Position numbers and translations under genes: made by a program
Notes under the pieces: generated by a model
What the model saw: the letters and a program-made list of their open reading frames with translations, nothing else
Database searches by the model: none
What the model was told of the DNA's origin: nothing
Shown here: positions 29,801-38,063 of the stretch, piece by piece
How the letters are laid out: every line of letters begins with the position of its first letter
How positions within the stretch are numbered: the first letter of the stretch is position 1
DNA from: a virus
Strand: one strand, 5' to 3'
IMG/VR virus record: IMGVR_UViG_3300032323_001070
Span: 1-64,000 of that record
Length of the DNA stretch: 64,000 nt

Positions 29801-31901
29801 TTCTCAGCGTGTGATCAACAACATCACTCTAAGCAAGCAAGAAGTATCACAAATTACTGCGGTTTCCAGCGATGGCACAGCACTAAGCAGATCTAACGCA
29901 TTCTACGATGAAGTGTTAGATATTGTACAGAATGGTAGAGCTGCTGCAAATGCAGTTAGCTATACCAACCCAAGTACAGCAACAGTGAGCCAGATCGCTG
30001 CCAAAGACAAACTAGTAGCCAACAAGGCATTTATTGCTGCTGAAGTTAATGCTTGGGTAGCTGTTAACTATCCAAACTCACAGCACGATGTGGCAAAATG
30101 TACTCGTGACGTAGGTTACCTAATCGATGCAGTGGGCTACGACGTATTATACGGTGGTAACTCTGCAACTTATGATGTAGCAAGATTCTTCTTCTACGTA
30201 TATGAAAGCAAGAAACCAGGTACCAGTGCTCTACACAGAGCGCAGACAGTGGCAGCATATCAAAGAATTTCTGCTATTATCGATGATATCGTTCAAGGCA
30301 ATTCGATCGTTAAATCTGTAGGTAACGCATTATTCCAGACAACTTCTGGTAACAATGCAAACTCAGGAGACGCTGCGGTTGTTGTTAGTTTAGTTGACAT
30401 CGTTGTTAACTCTATCGACGAAGTATCACAAGAAGCTGGTCAAGCTGCGCTACCTGCTAAGGTTTATCCTTCGATTACATGGGCCGCAGCAGGTATACAG
30501 GCTGCTAAGAATGCGATCGATTCTGCCAGAAATACTATCATCCAGGATATTGTACGTGGTCTATACTACACAACACCTGAAAGCGGAAACTACTTCTTAG
30601 TAGATGCTACAAACTTAACTGATTTTAGCTTCCGCTACAGAACTACAGCAGTTCCTGCAGACCTAACACCAACAGGATATATCAGCCTTTTCGTTGAGTC
30701 TTGGACAGATGCTGCGGTACGTGCTGGTATGTTCGATGATCAAAACGGTCTATTCTACGAATATGATGGTTCAACATTGTTTGCGGTAAGAAGAAATTCT
30801 ACCAAACAGCTTGGTGGTACAGTTACAGTTACTAAAAACTCTAACACAGTTACTGGTTTGAATACTAACTTCCAGAAACAATTAGACCAAAATGACTTTA
30901 TCGTTATCCGCGGTCAAAGCTATAAAGTTACAAAGATTACTAGCGATACTGTTATCGAAATTACTCCTTCATATCGCGGCACAACAAGATCTAAGGTTAT
31001 TGTTACTAAGACTGAAGAAGTTCGTTATGCACAGCACGAATGGAGTATTGATGTCTGCGACGGAACAGGCCCAACAGGCTTTAATCTAGATATCAATAAG
31101 ATGCAGATGGCCTACATCGACTTTAGCTGGTACGGTGCTGGTAAAGTACGCTACGGCTTCAAAGGTACAGATGGTAAAGTTATCTATGTACACGAAATTA
31201 GACATAATAACAGAGAGATCGAAGCTTACATGAGATCTGGTAACTTGCCAGCAAGATACGAGGTTGTAAACGGTACAGCTCCGAGTTACGCTCCTAGCTT
31301 GTACCACTGGGGTGCTTCTGTGATCATGGACGGTGTGTTTGAAGATGACAAAGCATACTTGTTCACAGTTGCGTCTGGTTCTGGTGGTTCAGACACTATT
31401 ACTATTCCAACAGCACTAGCAGGTATTCCTGTACCAGTTCTGTCTATTAGACTAGCACCTTCCGTTGACAGCAGTATTGTTGGCGCACTAGGTGAACGTG
31501 ATTTGATCAACAGAATGAGTATTACATTGAAACAGGTTGGATTGGTTGTTACACAGACCACCAGACCAGCTTCTGTAAGATTGATTCTAAACGGAAACTT
31601 AGCGCAGGCTGCATACTTCAGTAATTATGGTGCTCCTTCGTTAACACAGCTGATCAAGCATACAGGTCAATCAACTGATAGTATCACAGGCGGCACTACA
31701 ATTTATGAATTCCGTGCTGCGGCTAACAGTCCAGTTACAGCTGAACTAGAAGCATTGGCTGAAATTGGTAATTCGATCTTAGGCGGTGACTATGTATTCC
31801 CGAATGGTCCAGATATCTTAACAGTGGCTGTGGTAACAACTGATACTACAACTGCTTCACAGATTACTGCACGTATTACATGGTCTGAATCACAGGCTTA
31901 A
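23805..31901 (+). CDS. Giant (2698 aa) virion fibre/structural protein with repeated HG(L/F/M)xTG modules
   Basis: About ten HGxxxG..(V/I).Y modules, IDTDFEYGLQ.TKWE N-terminal motif, QTRKYFRYQSGKG and SWYGAG C-terminal motifs; TAAATA 23777-23782. Confidence 0.8.
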   Translation: MAKALAFNYTFNPAADSVTIDGNISIKRVLLITNVTDNIVIQNFADPAKKILSRSYDQDADETTFVLQYDCASMSASDNLQIFYETDTIRFQPDETFIDPVSKMRVSQPNTLIDTDFEYGLQATKWETLERLNQVPAFHSVTGDTPLTNILDVTVSGTNIVSVTTSSPHGLTVGFPIDVRGVDSPTAEGTFIVKRTGDTTFTYEARAVQAGTATAPVSILTSYVNITPGRFYVGSQIPLDDSVSNTTGPIVTNAASPSTLTVKTNYTHGMAVSSTYYLVNTLSNSNTSFSALSVSAGGDVEDRSAISLSTGNFSMYEPFHDGTRRFDISDSAVDTINETLTIPNHGMLTGDMIAYVGVSSGGASPQVASVVGGSYPISAGNLPAWAAGTGADGKMLYVVKINNNTIRLATNPRDAYNQTNLIGFTGTGSGTLTFAHFIRGTDVEEYISTITAASGSSELVVTLVSGFTNDMLKIVPEQQFTIAESAVSGLNGVYYVKTSGWDKDASTFTIIGPTNSSAALAAQGASQTYTMVDTGGNNTTSFDRYNFLLNTGMRIIVHNGPTINHMRVSMHDWKSTTAKFFTREAIQSDQIFIKNHGLTVGQPLMLILGGNTLSGGTATDTTVYFTNVINNDTIQIMTTETGSAGATGPYSPTVGVTAATFGTLTAATSLAGGIYSLHPGFQIANFTAQGTSGGNGTGRDRAIGKFTTGPGYLYEGVPIVIKTAAGATQPAPLTATVDTYTAYQKYYVRTVLSADNRLEFSLGLQESAGPLIDFSGATTVGSGFFGFRIDENIYANSFYLKNHGGLTTTQTVGTTGSQGTYPAGIGFPGPLFDRIVDPGTGYDGLPRVRTTLTQATPIAGLTTATVYNMVPITNDIWKVMAWSDTALPTGQPTVQFTNIASRTSTVVFANSAVVNLNANRIVIPSQRLGQLTENSVVRYRAQGNLNIPSSYTGWPGLIDNNQYIVRNVVSSAFFEVGLFTTQSYAANATTIVLNDATGLATGDTLRITTFGTTNPVRGVNGPIQWNDTSGSWGTKTVENNELLLITNLVGATLTVTRGHRNTTALPILANTYIQKEFASFQLFATEQTLPRALNSVVGTTSTNLYLATAHGLRTGDTLYWQSGASGNPAYVTNFPYYAVVADANNFGVADTLTLSQAAVLHDVNATTATSWTQFYSSIPLTGLGSSPLGSHVLEDTSATGTIDGGYTATAVSANTLQFQTASQIPNRTFTFYPEDSLDLLTGEFFIRNHGFTTGTKVTYSRNALTFAIGDGSGNPVAGYNRLVNNTEYFVIRTSLNSFKLATSRANAFAGTAILRYSSAGTSGGHTLSTAQVSGESLQAGLATIIARDIVFNGSDNNIVVAGADRIIATGHGFRSGDRVIYQVWGGGRQVNGLVNGRQYFISNSVFTGAPSGGAAAGQTANQFSLHNTWVGAYTNTDRADILGVGTGRVHQFKVTNPTMFGTTFRGEWSTADSYRAGDVVLFRNSYYMSLTGSDFATGTLVFNSGRQPAAESGAIETNWMPCPVLPAYGTTFLTQYRGGSRVRLSNTVTRVTRFFDAGSASRVIVADDRISFAQAHGLFSGQAVIYRMDARGGFHGGTGGTASPYRGTGGWAPQTAIGGLTVNRIYYVNFLSTTDITLHTSPPLAVRGGSGDSGSFDFAVELSAVGQGEFHRFEVVNNVVYDLEVLAVTNNAEMIVTDPYPSRSITFNPQETNVHVSGLGMQVVDIVNNVIYIPNHGLDTGVKVYYSAGVIGSGTAIGGLTDGTAYFIINLTPDHIRLASNIVNAYTGVEIDLTNTGTGILHYLIAATTSGSSWIRYNGTGDINTDTTGLITNSSPYSSQVVGNIRDGVLIGLPMIGVTEVYPRPDCTNVHRPFDGGVEINASRTPGVSIVRQTRKYFRYQSGKGLQYSTGINFSPSIEVSRIVHDGTAWATVTTRKPHKLVAGNKIFVRDVGFTTEYEADKCERDLAYIIEGGAYDVALGTNYNAIFLGIAEVNSLEISQRVINNITLSKQEVSQITAVSSDGTALSRSNAFYDEVLDIVQNGRAAANAVSYTNPSTATVSQIAAKDKLVANKAFIAAEVNAWVAVNYPNSQHDVAKCTRDVGYLIDAVGYDVLYGGNSATYDVARFFFYVYESKKPGTSALHRAQTVAAYQRISAIIDDIVQGNSIVKSVGNALFQTTSGNNANSGDAAVVVSLVDIVVNSIDEVSQEAGQAALPAKVYPSITWAAAGIQAAKNAIDSARNTIIQDIVRGLYYTTPESGNYFLVDATNLTDFSFRYRTTAVPADLTPTGYISLFVESWTDAAVRAGMFDDQNGLFYEYDGSTLFAVRRNSTKQLGGTVTVTKNSNTVTGLNTNFQKQLDQNDFIVIRGQSYKVTKITSDTVIEITPSYRGTTRSKVIVTKTEEVRYAQHEWSIDVCDGTGPTGFNLDINKMQMAYIDFSWYGAGKVRYGFKGTDGKVIYVHEIRHNNREIEAYMRSGNLPARYEVVNGTAPSYAPSLYHWGASVIMDGVFEDDKAYLFTVASGSGGSDTITIPTALAGIPVPVLSIRLAPSVDSSIVGALGERDLINRMSITLKQVGLVVTQTTRPASVRLILNGNLAQAAYFSNYGAPSLTQLIKHTGQSTDSITGGTTIYEFRAAANSPVTAELEALAEIGNSILGGDYVFPNGPDILTVAVVTTDTTTASQITARITWSESQA

Positions 31902-31916
31902 TGTGAAAAGGAAAGG

Positions 31917-31956
31917 AAGCAGTAGGACAATTAACTTTGTTCTACTGCTTTTTTTT
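31917..31956 (+). terminator. Long-stem intrinsic terminator
   Basis: aagcagtaggacaa / ttgttctactgctt followed by T-tract. Confidence 0.75.
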
Positions 31957-31970
31957 AAAGGATTTAATAG

Positions 31971-32939
31971 ATGGCAAAGCCAACCTCAACTACTTTAACT
32001 AGAAATCTTCGTATTCTCCCTACTGCTGGTGTAGATACGAGAACTGGTCAATTTGGAGAAATTGGCTACGATAGAACAACCAGTACATTGGTAGTATACG
32101 ATGGTCAAACTCCTGGAGGATTTCCATTACTTAAAGCTGACCTAAGTAATCTCGAAGGTTCAGTCATCGATGTTAAAGGTTCAATATTCGGAGACGATTC
32201 TACTTTATTGGTAGATGCTGTAAGAAGTAAAATAGTTGGCCCAGTTGAAACTACTACAGTTTTAGCTAGCAGCGGCTTTACCGGTAACCTAACAGGTAAT
32301 GTTCTTGGTAATGTCACGGGTAATGTTCTCGGTAATGTCACAGGTAATGTAAGCGGCAATGCTGGAACTATAACAAGTCAGGCTAATTCAGCAACTATTA
32401 CAGCTTCGAGCACAAACACTGCTAACCAGATAGTGTTGCGTGACAGCAGTGGAAATTTCAGTGCCGGTACTATTACAGCCAACATATCAGGAAATGTTAC
32501 CGGTAATGTCACAGGTAATGTAAGCGGCAATGCTGGAACAGTGACAAATGGAATTTATACTAATCAGACGTATACTGATCCTTCATGGTTAACTATAAAT
32601 CTCAGCAAGATCACTTTTACAACAGGTCCAAGCATAACATATCAAGGAACTGGAACAAATCTAGGAGTTAGATCAACAACAACTAATCTAAATTTTGGAT
32701 CAGCACCAATATCATCAAAAACATTTACAGTAGCAGATGTCAACGCTACTACCACTAGCAAAATTGCAGTATACGCACACCCTACTACAGACAACGGAGC
32801 TCTAGGAGGAGATGAATTTGAAATGGATCCTATACATATCAGCGCAGTATGTCTGACAAATGGATCTATAACATTTTATGCGAATGCTGGTCAAGGTCCA
32901 GTGAAAGGATCGAGAAATTTTCATTACGTAGTAATATAA
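31971..32939 (+). CDS. Short tail fibre-like protein with GNVT repeats
   Basis: N-terminal GEIGYD...VVYDGQTPGGFPL fibre-attachment-like motif; GNV(T/L/S) tetrapeptide repeats. Confidence 0.7.
   Translation: MAKPTSTTLTRNLRILPTAGVDTRTGQFGEIGYDRTTSTLVVYDGQTPGGFPLLKADLSNLEGSVIDVKGSIFGDDSTLLVDAVRSKIVGPVETTTVLASSGFTGNLTGNVLGNVTGNVLGNVTGNVSGNAGTITSQANSATITASSTNTANQIVLRDSSGNFSAGTITANISGNVTGNVTGNVSGNAGTVTNGIYTNQTYTDPSWLTINLSKITFTTGPSITYQGTGTNLGVRSTTTNLNFGSAPISSKTFTVADVNATTTSKIAVYAHPTTDNGALGGDEFEMDPIHISAVCLTNGSITFYANAGQGPVKGSRNFHYVVI
32330..32539 (+). repeat. Exact 39-nt direct repeat within 12-nt-period GNVT repeats
   Basis: cggtaatgtcacaggtaatgtaagcggcaatgctggaac at 32330-32368 and 32501-32539. Confidence 0.85.
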
Positions 32940-32962
32940 ATATAGTATAGAGGAATTAAAAA

Positions 32963-33634
32963 ATGGCAATCATTCAATCAGGTGCATCAAGCGATTTATT
33001 AACAGTTGACTCCGGCTTCAAGGCTGCAAGAGTCAGTGTTCTTCCGCCGAACGCTACAGGATATTTTCAACTAGGTGCATTCACAGGCTCACTTTCCGGA
33101 ACCGGCGTGGCTGCAAACTCACCAGTATTCAGTATGCGATGGGCACCAGCAACTGGCAGGATCGCAGTTATTAGACGTATAGGTATAGGCTTTGTTCAAA
33201 CCGTAGGTTGGACTGCAGGTGCAGCACACGAATATTCATTGTTCGTTGCTAGAGGTTGGACAGCTAGTGATTCAGGCGGTACAGCGGTTACTGTAGCGGC
33301 TAACTCTAATAAAATGAGAACCAGTGGAGATCCTAGCGGTTTCAATACTCCGTCAGATATTAGGGTGGCAACAACTTCAACATATACTGCCGGTACAAGA
33401 ACATTAGATACCAATCCTGTCGCAACTACTATATTTTCCGCAAGCCAGGTAGCTGTGGCTTCTGCAATATATCCTCAACAGTATAATTTAATACATGATG
33501 TTAACACTGGTGATCATCCTATCATTTTAGATAATAATGAAGGACTTGTGATCAATAATGTAACAGTATTTCCTGCAGCAGGAAATGCAAGAATGTTTTT
33601 CAACATCGAATGGTTTGAAACAACAGCATATTGA
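32963..33634 (+). CDS. Hypothetical virion protein
   Basis: 223 aa; perfect TATAAATA 32935-32942 and SD GAGGA upstream. Confidence 0.7.
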   Translation: MAIIQSGASSDLLTVDSGFKAARVSVLPPNATGYFQLGAFTGSLSGTGVAANSPVFSMRWAPATGRIAVIRRIGIGFVQTVGWTAGAAHEYSLFVARGWTASDSGGTAVTVAANSNKMRTSGDPSGFNTPSDIRVATTSTYTAGTRTLDTNPVATTIFSASQVAVASAIYPQQYNLIHDVNTGDHPIILDNNEGLVINNVTVFPAAGNARMFFNIEWFETTAY

Positions 33635-33651
33635 TACTGTTAACATTCAAC

Positions 33652-33679
33652 AAAAAGCCGACTCTAAGTCGGCTTTTTT
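33652..33679. terminator. Bidirectional intrinsic terminator
   Basis: aaaaagccgact-cta-agtcggcttttt between convergent genes. Confidence 0.9.
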
Positions 33680-33680
33680 A

Positions 33681-33932
33681 TTACACTAAGTTTGAATGTA
33701 GATATTTTCTATAAGAAGCTATATTGGATCTAACAGTGGCAACTTGATCTGGAATATGTCTATTGAAAATAACTTCTTCGTGCAGATTTTCAATCTTATA
33801 AACTTCGTTGGTCAGCTTTAACAGAACATCTGTCATATCCTGTTTGAGTTTCCCCTCGGGAAGATTATTGATTTTTTCTAAGAACATATTTCGTTCTCTT
33901 AGAAAATTTTCGTTACTGGGCAGATCTCTCAT
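33681..33932 (-). CDS. Hypothetical protein
   Basis: 83-aa helical ORF overlapping the end of the upstream gene. Confidence 0.6.
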   Translation of the reverse strand: MRDLPSNENFLRERNMFLEKINNLPEGKLKQDMTDVLLKLTNEVYKIENLHEEVIFNRHIPDQVATVRSNIASYRKYLHSNLV

Positions 33933-34302
33933 TTTCTAATAGTAGTATTGTATTGATTTTTGTCTGTATGATCTGATTATTTAAAGTATTCTTTAAACCA
34001 GTGTGCATACTCTTAGGCAAGTTTTCAAAAGTACACCATGCTAGAGTTTCGACCGCAGTGGTTAAAAACTCATCGTTAACTAAACAAACATATGTGCCGT
34101 ATTCAAAACCTCGGTCTTCGGAAAGATACAGCTCAATAGGGATAATTTTTCCCCTACTGAAATCATCTAACAAAGGAGCAGCATCGTCCAACAATGACGA
34201 TTTTCTTGGAAAAGTGGGAACAGTCCATTTTTGATCTTCGAGGACCAAAAGTATACGTTCTGTTTTTTTAGATAAGAATAATAATCCTGCTCGCTGTTGC
34301 AT
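33913..34302 (-). CDS. NUDIX-fold-like protein, apparently lacking the Nudix box
   Basis: AGLLF..K..RILL, W..P, FEYGTYVCLV, W..F..LP...H.GL pattern; start at ATG 34302, 5 nt after TAAGTA. Confidence 0.5.
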   Translation of the reverse strand: MQQRAGLLFLSKKTERILLVLEDQKWTVPTFPRKSSLLDDAAPLLDDFSRGKIIPIELYLSEDRGFEYGTYVCLVNDEFLTTAVETLAWCTFENLPKSMHTGLKNTLNNQIIQTKINTILLLENERSAQ

Positions 34303-34313
34303 GAAAATACTTA

Positions 34314-35834
34314 TCAAGCATTCAGATCAAAGGTCCAATAACCTGGAGCATATTCTCCTTCAAAGGACTTGAGCCATTGCTCTCCGTCCCATTTATATTG
34401 GATGCCTGTTCTTAAGTTAGTAAAGTACTGAGGCGCTTCTGCGGCATATGGATCGAAAGACGTTATCCAAGTAGAGCCAGTCCATTCAACAATGGTATTG
34501 GCTTTGATAACAGGATCGTCACCGTTGAGATTTTTCCAAGCATCGGGTCCATCATAGGCATTAGCTGACGAATCGTTGGAAACCCACTTTCTAGAATCTA
34601 AAAATTGACCAACATTCTTGCTGTTATTAACGTCGTCTAACATCAAATAGCGTGTGCCTACAGGAATATTAGCGAAACTACCAAAGTTTCTAATAGGATT
34701 AAATTTATAAGGATCTATGATAGCAGTGACCGCAGGAATAGTATTTGATGGAATAGTGTCCGGATCGATATTGACTGTTATATATGTAGGATCTATTTCA
34801 TTGATTTCAAAGCTTCCTATAACCTCATACCCGTTAGGCTGTTTAAACCTAACTAAACTAGTAGAAGAATAGTTTCCTATCTTTTCAAAAACGATATTCC
34901 AATCTATTCTCGGACCAGTTTTCAATGGAGGATCTAATTTCAGTGCTTTAACAACTTCGGTGGTATCTACTATTGATAGGTCGTAACCTTGTCCCGAAGG
35001 ATTCTTTAATAATAGAACACCATAACCTGTGCTCCAAATACCAAGATTTACTTTACCGCCAATTTTATTTGGCACGGGCGAATTAAATTGACTTCCTACA
35101 TTGCCCATGTCATTGTAAATTAGATCATCTAAGGATTTTACTGTTCCCTGATCTGTAAAGATATTCATAACCAATGATTTTACAATACCAAGTCGTTTAA
35201 CCTTAGCAGGAGGAGTGATCCATATAGGAGTTTCAAATTCTATAGAACAGATATCTATATCAGATTCGGGACCTGCAGGAATAGTTCTTGAACTGAACTG
35301 TATATTTTTAATATCTAGAACGCTAAGACTGGTCCAATCAATATAGTTGTCTGTGGTCTGTATTTCTAAACTAGGATTAAACAGAACTAATATCTGTTCT
35401 AATAATTGTAATTTTTGATCAGTATTTGAAGTCCATATATCTGCTTTCATGCTGAGCTTATAAGGCGTAGGCATTAATCTTTCAACAGTATATGTTCCGC
35501 CTTGATTTTGTTGATACACAGGATTTCCCTGAGCATCAAATTCGGAATAGTCTCTTTCGAACACATTGACCTTGCTGATAAATTGAGCATCGCTGAGTCT
35601 ACTGGTATCCATCTCTAAGCCTGTGATATAGCAGGCAATGCGAGGTACAGTAGGCATTTTGTTTTCGCTGTTCTCTTTGATTAACGCAGCAACCTGTCTG
35701 GTTAGATCTCCGTACATCACGGGTACATGTCGCTCTTCGGGAGTCTCACCGCCTGTTTTATATTTGAAGCCTATGAATACACGCATGAATTGTGTAACAT
35801 ATCTTCTTACCTGCCCGTCATAAAAATGATCCAT
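34314..35834 (-). CDS. gp15: Tail sheath stabiliser/terminator (T4 gp15-like), C-terminally extended
   Basis: HFYDGQVRRY..QF, VPVMYG, P.PY.L, QLLEQILVLFNP motifs; follows the neck gene. Confidence 0.75.
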   Translation of the reverse strand: MDHFYDGQVRRYVTQFMRVFIGFKYKTGGETPEERHVPVMYGDLTRQVAALIKENSENKMPTVPRIACYITGLEMDTSRLSDAQFISKVNVFERDYSEFDAQGNPVYQQNQGGTYTVERLMPTPYKLSMKADIWTSNTDQKLQLLEQILVLFNPSLEIQTTDNYIDWTSLSVLDIKNIQFSSRTIPAGPESDIDICSIEFETPIWITPPAKVKRLGIVKSLVMNIFTDQGTVKSLDDLIYNDMGNVGSQFNSPVPNKIGGKVNLGIWSTGYGVLLLKNPSGQGYDLSIVDTTEVVKALKLDPPLKTGPRIDWNIVFEKIGNYSSTSLVRFKQPNGYEVIGSFEINEIDPTYITVNIDPDTIPSNTIPAVTAIIDPYKFNPIRNFGSFANIPVGTRYLMLDDVNNSKNVGQFLDSRKWVSNDSSANAYDGPDAWKNLNGDDPVIKANTIVEWTGSTWITSFDPYAAEAPQYFTNLRTGIQYKWDGEQWLKSFEGEYAPGYWTFDLNA

Positions 35835-37225
35835 TATTCATCCGCCTTTGGTCTAAGTGCTTTAGATAGACTTTGTTTTTCAGCGACCTGTTTGTCGTTA
35901 ATTTTGTTAACTTTATCATTGTTGATAAAGCTGGTTTTAAGAGTATCTCTGGCATCTTTGCCTTCGAATGTTTCGCCTGGCGCAACGTCTGAAGGACCTA
36001 AATTACTCATAGTCATTCTTACATTATCTTCAATCTTAATCCATCTAGTTCCACTAAATCTAAACAATCTCTTAGGCATGTAATCTGTTCTTAAACAATA
36101 TTGACCCATAATTGGATTCAATGGGAAAGCAATACCAGCAGTAAAGGCAGTACCATTAGGCGGTTCGCCATCGCCAAGTAAGTATCCTTCATATCCGGTG
36201 GTCCTTGGAGTTTCCATAACCGAGGCAGCAGTTGGATTGATGTATATAGGATTGCCGTTGCCGTCTGTTAATAAATTGCCTTCCGGATCTGTGGCCTGCA
36301 ATTGAGATGATGCATCAATAGTTGAATTGTCAACAGTAAGTAGTTCGCTGTTGCCATTTTCATAATTTTTCTGTACAGTATAATATTGAGTAGTATCGTA
36401 ACCACTCTTAGGAGAATCTGATTCAGCTTGATCAAGAACTGCCTGCGTGATCTGCATTTCTCTTTCGTAAGTTGACATAATATCACGTAGACTGTCGGCT
36501 AGTTTATAGTAGCTAGGGTTTGGAGGTGCTATTCCGGTAACTTCTCTAAGCACTTCATATTTCTTACCATCTGATCCGGTTACAATATCACCTGGATAAT
36601 ATGTAACGTCAGTACTCCAAGTTCCGACAAATCCTTCTGTGTTTGCTATGCCGTCTAGGATATCTTTAAATTCTTGACTATCTACTAGGGGTTTACATTT
36701 TGCACGATATAAATGTGGATACCAAGTTACAGAAAATCCCTCTGCTGCTCTAGTCACTTCTTCGATAACATAAAAACGTTTGAGTGCAAATGTTAGATCG
36801 TTTAGAGCGAACTCATCTTTGAGATGAGGTAATTCTAAAACATCGCCTGCGATTATTTTTCTGCCTAATTTATCAACAGTATCATTGATATGAAACGTAA
36901 TAAAAATCGTATCGTTTTGTAAAAACAATCCAAATTGACTTAGATTAAAATCTGTGTCTTGGATGTTGTAAACACCGCGCATGATAAAAATGTCTGGATC
37001 GTATTTTCTATCTCTATTTTCTAAGAATAGCAGATCTTGGATATTAGTTACGCTGTCGGTAGCATAGGTGGGTGTAGTTGGCGTATTTTCTGCAGATGCG
37101 CCAGGTCCTAGGTATTTGTGAACTAGGACGTCAGTACCGCCCACCTGAAACATTTCCCAGATAGTTTTATCGATAAATTTATAGTCGTTGCCCTTTTCTG
37201 GGCGATAAAGCGAAAGTCTTGGCAT
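35834..37225 (-). CDS. gp14: Neck/head-closure protein (T4 gp14-like)
   Basis: MPRLSLY start; LLFLENRDRKYD, FNLSQFGLFL, GDVLELPH; divergent from gp13. Confidence 0.7.
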   Translation of the reverse strand: MPRLSLYRPEKGNDYKFIDKTIWEMFQVGGTDVLVHKYLGPGASAENTPTTPTYATDSVTNIQDLLFLENRDRKYDPDIFIMRGVYNIQDTDFNLSQFGLFLQNDTIFITFHINDTVDKLGRKIIAGDVLELPHLKDEFALNDLTFALKRFYVIEEVTRAAEGFSVTWYPHLYRAKCKPLVDSQEFKDILDGIANTEGFVGTWSTDVTYYPGDIVTGSDGKKYEVLREVTGIAPPNPSYYKLADSLRDIMSTYEREMQITQAVLDQAESDSPKSGYDTTQYYTVQKNYENGNSELLTVDNSTIDASSQLQATDPEGNLLTDGNGNPIYINPTAASVMETPRTTGYEGYLLGDGEPPNGTAFTAGIAFPLNPIMGQYCLRTDYMPKRLFRFSGTRWIKIEDNVRMTMSNLGPSDVAPGETFEGKDARDTLKTSFINNDKVNKINDKQVAEKQSLSKALRPKADE

Positions 37226-37258
37226 AGTCATATATTTACCGCTACGATAAATACTTGT

Positions 37259-38017
37259 ATGAGCCAAATTGACCAATCAAAACAAGCTGTATACGACTAC
37301 TGTAAAGCCATGCTAGGCGATGGCATGATCGATATAGAACTAGATCCTATACACTACGAAACAGCACTAAATCGCTCTCTAGCGGTTTTCCGTCAACGCA
37401 GCGATAATGCTGTAGAAGAAAGCTATGCTTTTTTAACTTTGAATAAAGATCAAAACGAGTATATTCTGCCAAAAGAAATACAGCAGGTTCGTCAGATCTT
37501 TAGACGCAGCATCGGATCAAGATCCGGTGGTGGCGGTGGCGGTACAGTGTTTGAGCCGTTCAATTTAGCCTATACAAATACCTATTTGCTAAGTTCAACA
37601 AATATGGGCGGACTGTTAACCTATGAATTGTTTAGCAGTTATCAAGAACTTGTGGGTAAGATGTTTGGTTCGTTTATTAACTTCACCTGGCATCCACAGA
37701 CTAGAAAATTAGTTATAATGCAAAGACCTCGAGGCGAAGAAGAAGTCATGCTTTGGGTTTACAATACTAAACCTGATTTTTCTATCATAGAAGATACCTA
37801 CGCCGGCCAATGGATCAAAGACTATTCATTAGCTAACTGTAAAATGATGTTAGGACAGGCCCGCGAAAAATTTGCTCAAATAGCAGGACCCACAGGCGGA
37901 TCGAGCCTCAACGGAGCAGCACTGAAAACCGAAGCCCAACAAGAAATTGAAAAGCTCACTGACGATTTGATGAAGTTAGTTCCGGGCGGCAGCGGTTATA
38001 CTTGGATTATCGGTTGA
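37259..38017 (+). CDS. gp13: Neck protein (T4 gp13-like)
   Basis: LGDGMIDIELD, WIKDY.LA.CK..LG.AR.KF...GP.G...LNG motifs. Confidence 0.85.
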   Translation: MSQIDQSKQAVYDYCKAMLGDGMIDIELDPIHYETALNRSLAVFRQRSDNAVEESYAFLTLNKDQNEYILPKEIQQVRQIFRRSIGSRSGGGGGGTVFEPFNLAYTNTYLLSSTNMGGLLTYELFSSYQELVGKMFGSFINFTWHPQTRKLVIMQRPRGEEEVMLWVYNTKPDFSIIEDTYAGQWIKDYSLANCKMMLGQAREKFAQIAGPTGGSSLNGAALKTEAQQEIEKLTDDLMKLVPGGSGYTWIIG

Positions 38018-38043
38018 CACTATAAAAATGCGTATGCTATAAT
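38014..38043 (+). promoter_or_regulatory. Consensus sigma70 promoter (early/middle) with extended -10
   Basis: TTGACA-N18-TATAAT with TG at 38035-38036. Confidence 0.85.
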
Positions 38044-38063
38044 ATTCTTAATTGGAGGATATT

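Noticed and set aside
15087-33634. Diversity-generating retroelement or invertible tail-fibre cassette
   Set aside because: No reverse transcriptase or invertase, and no adenine-specific template/variable repeat pair was noticed.
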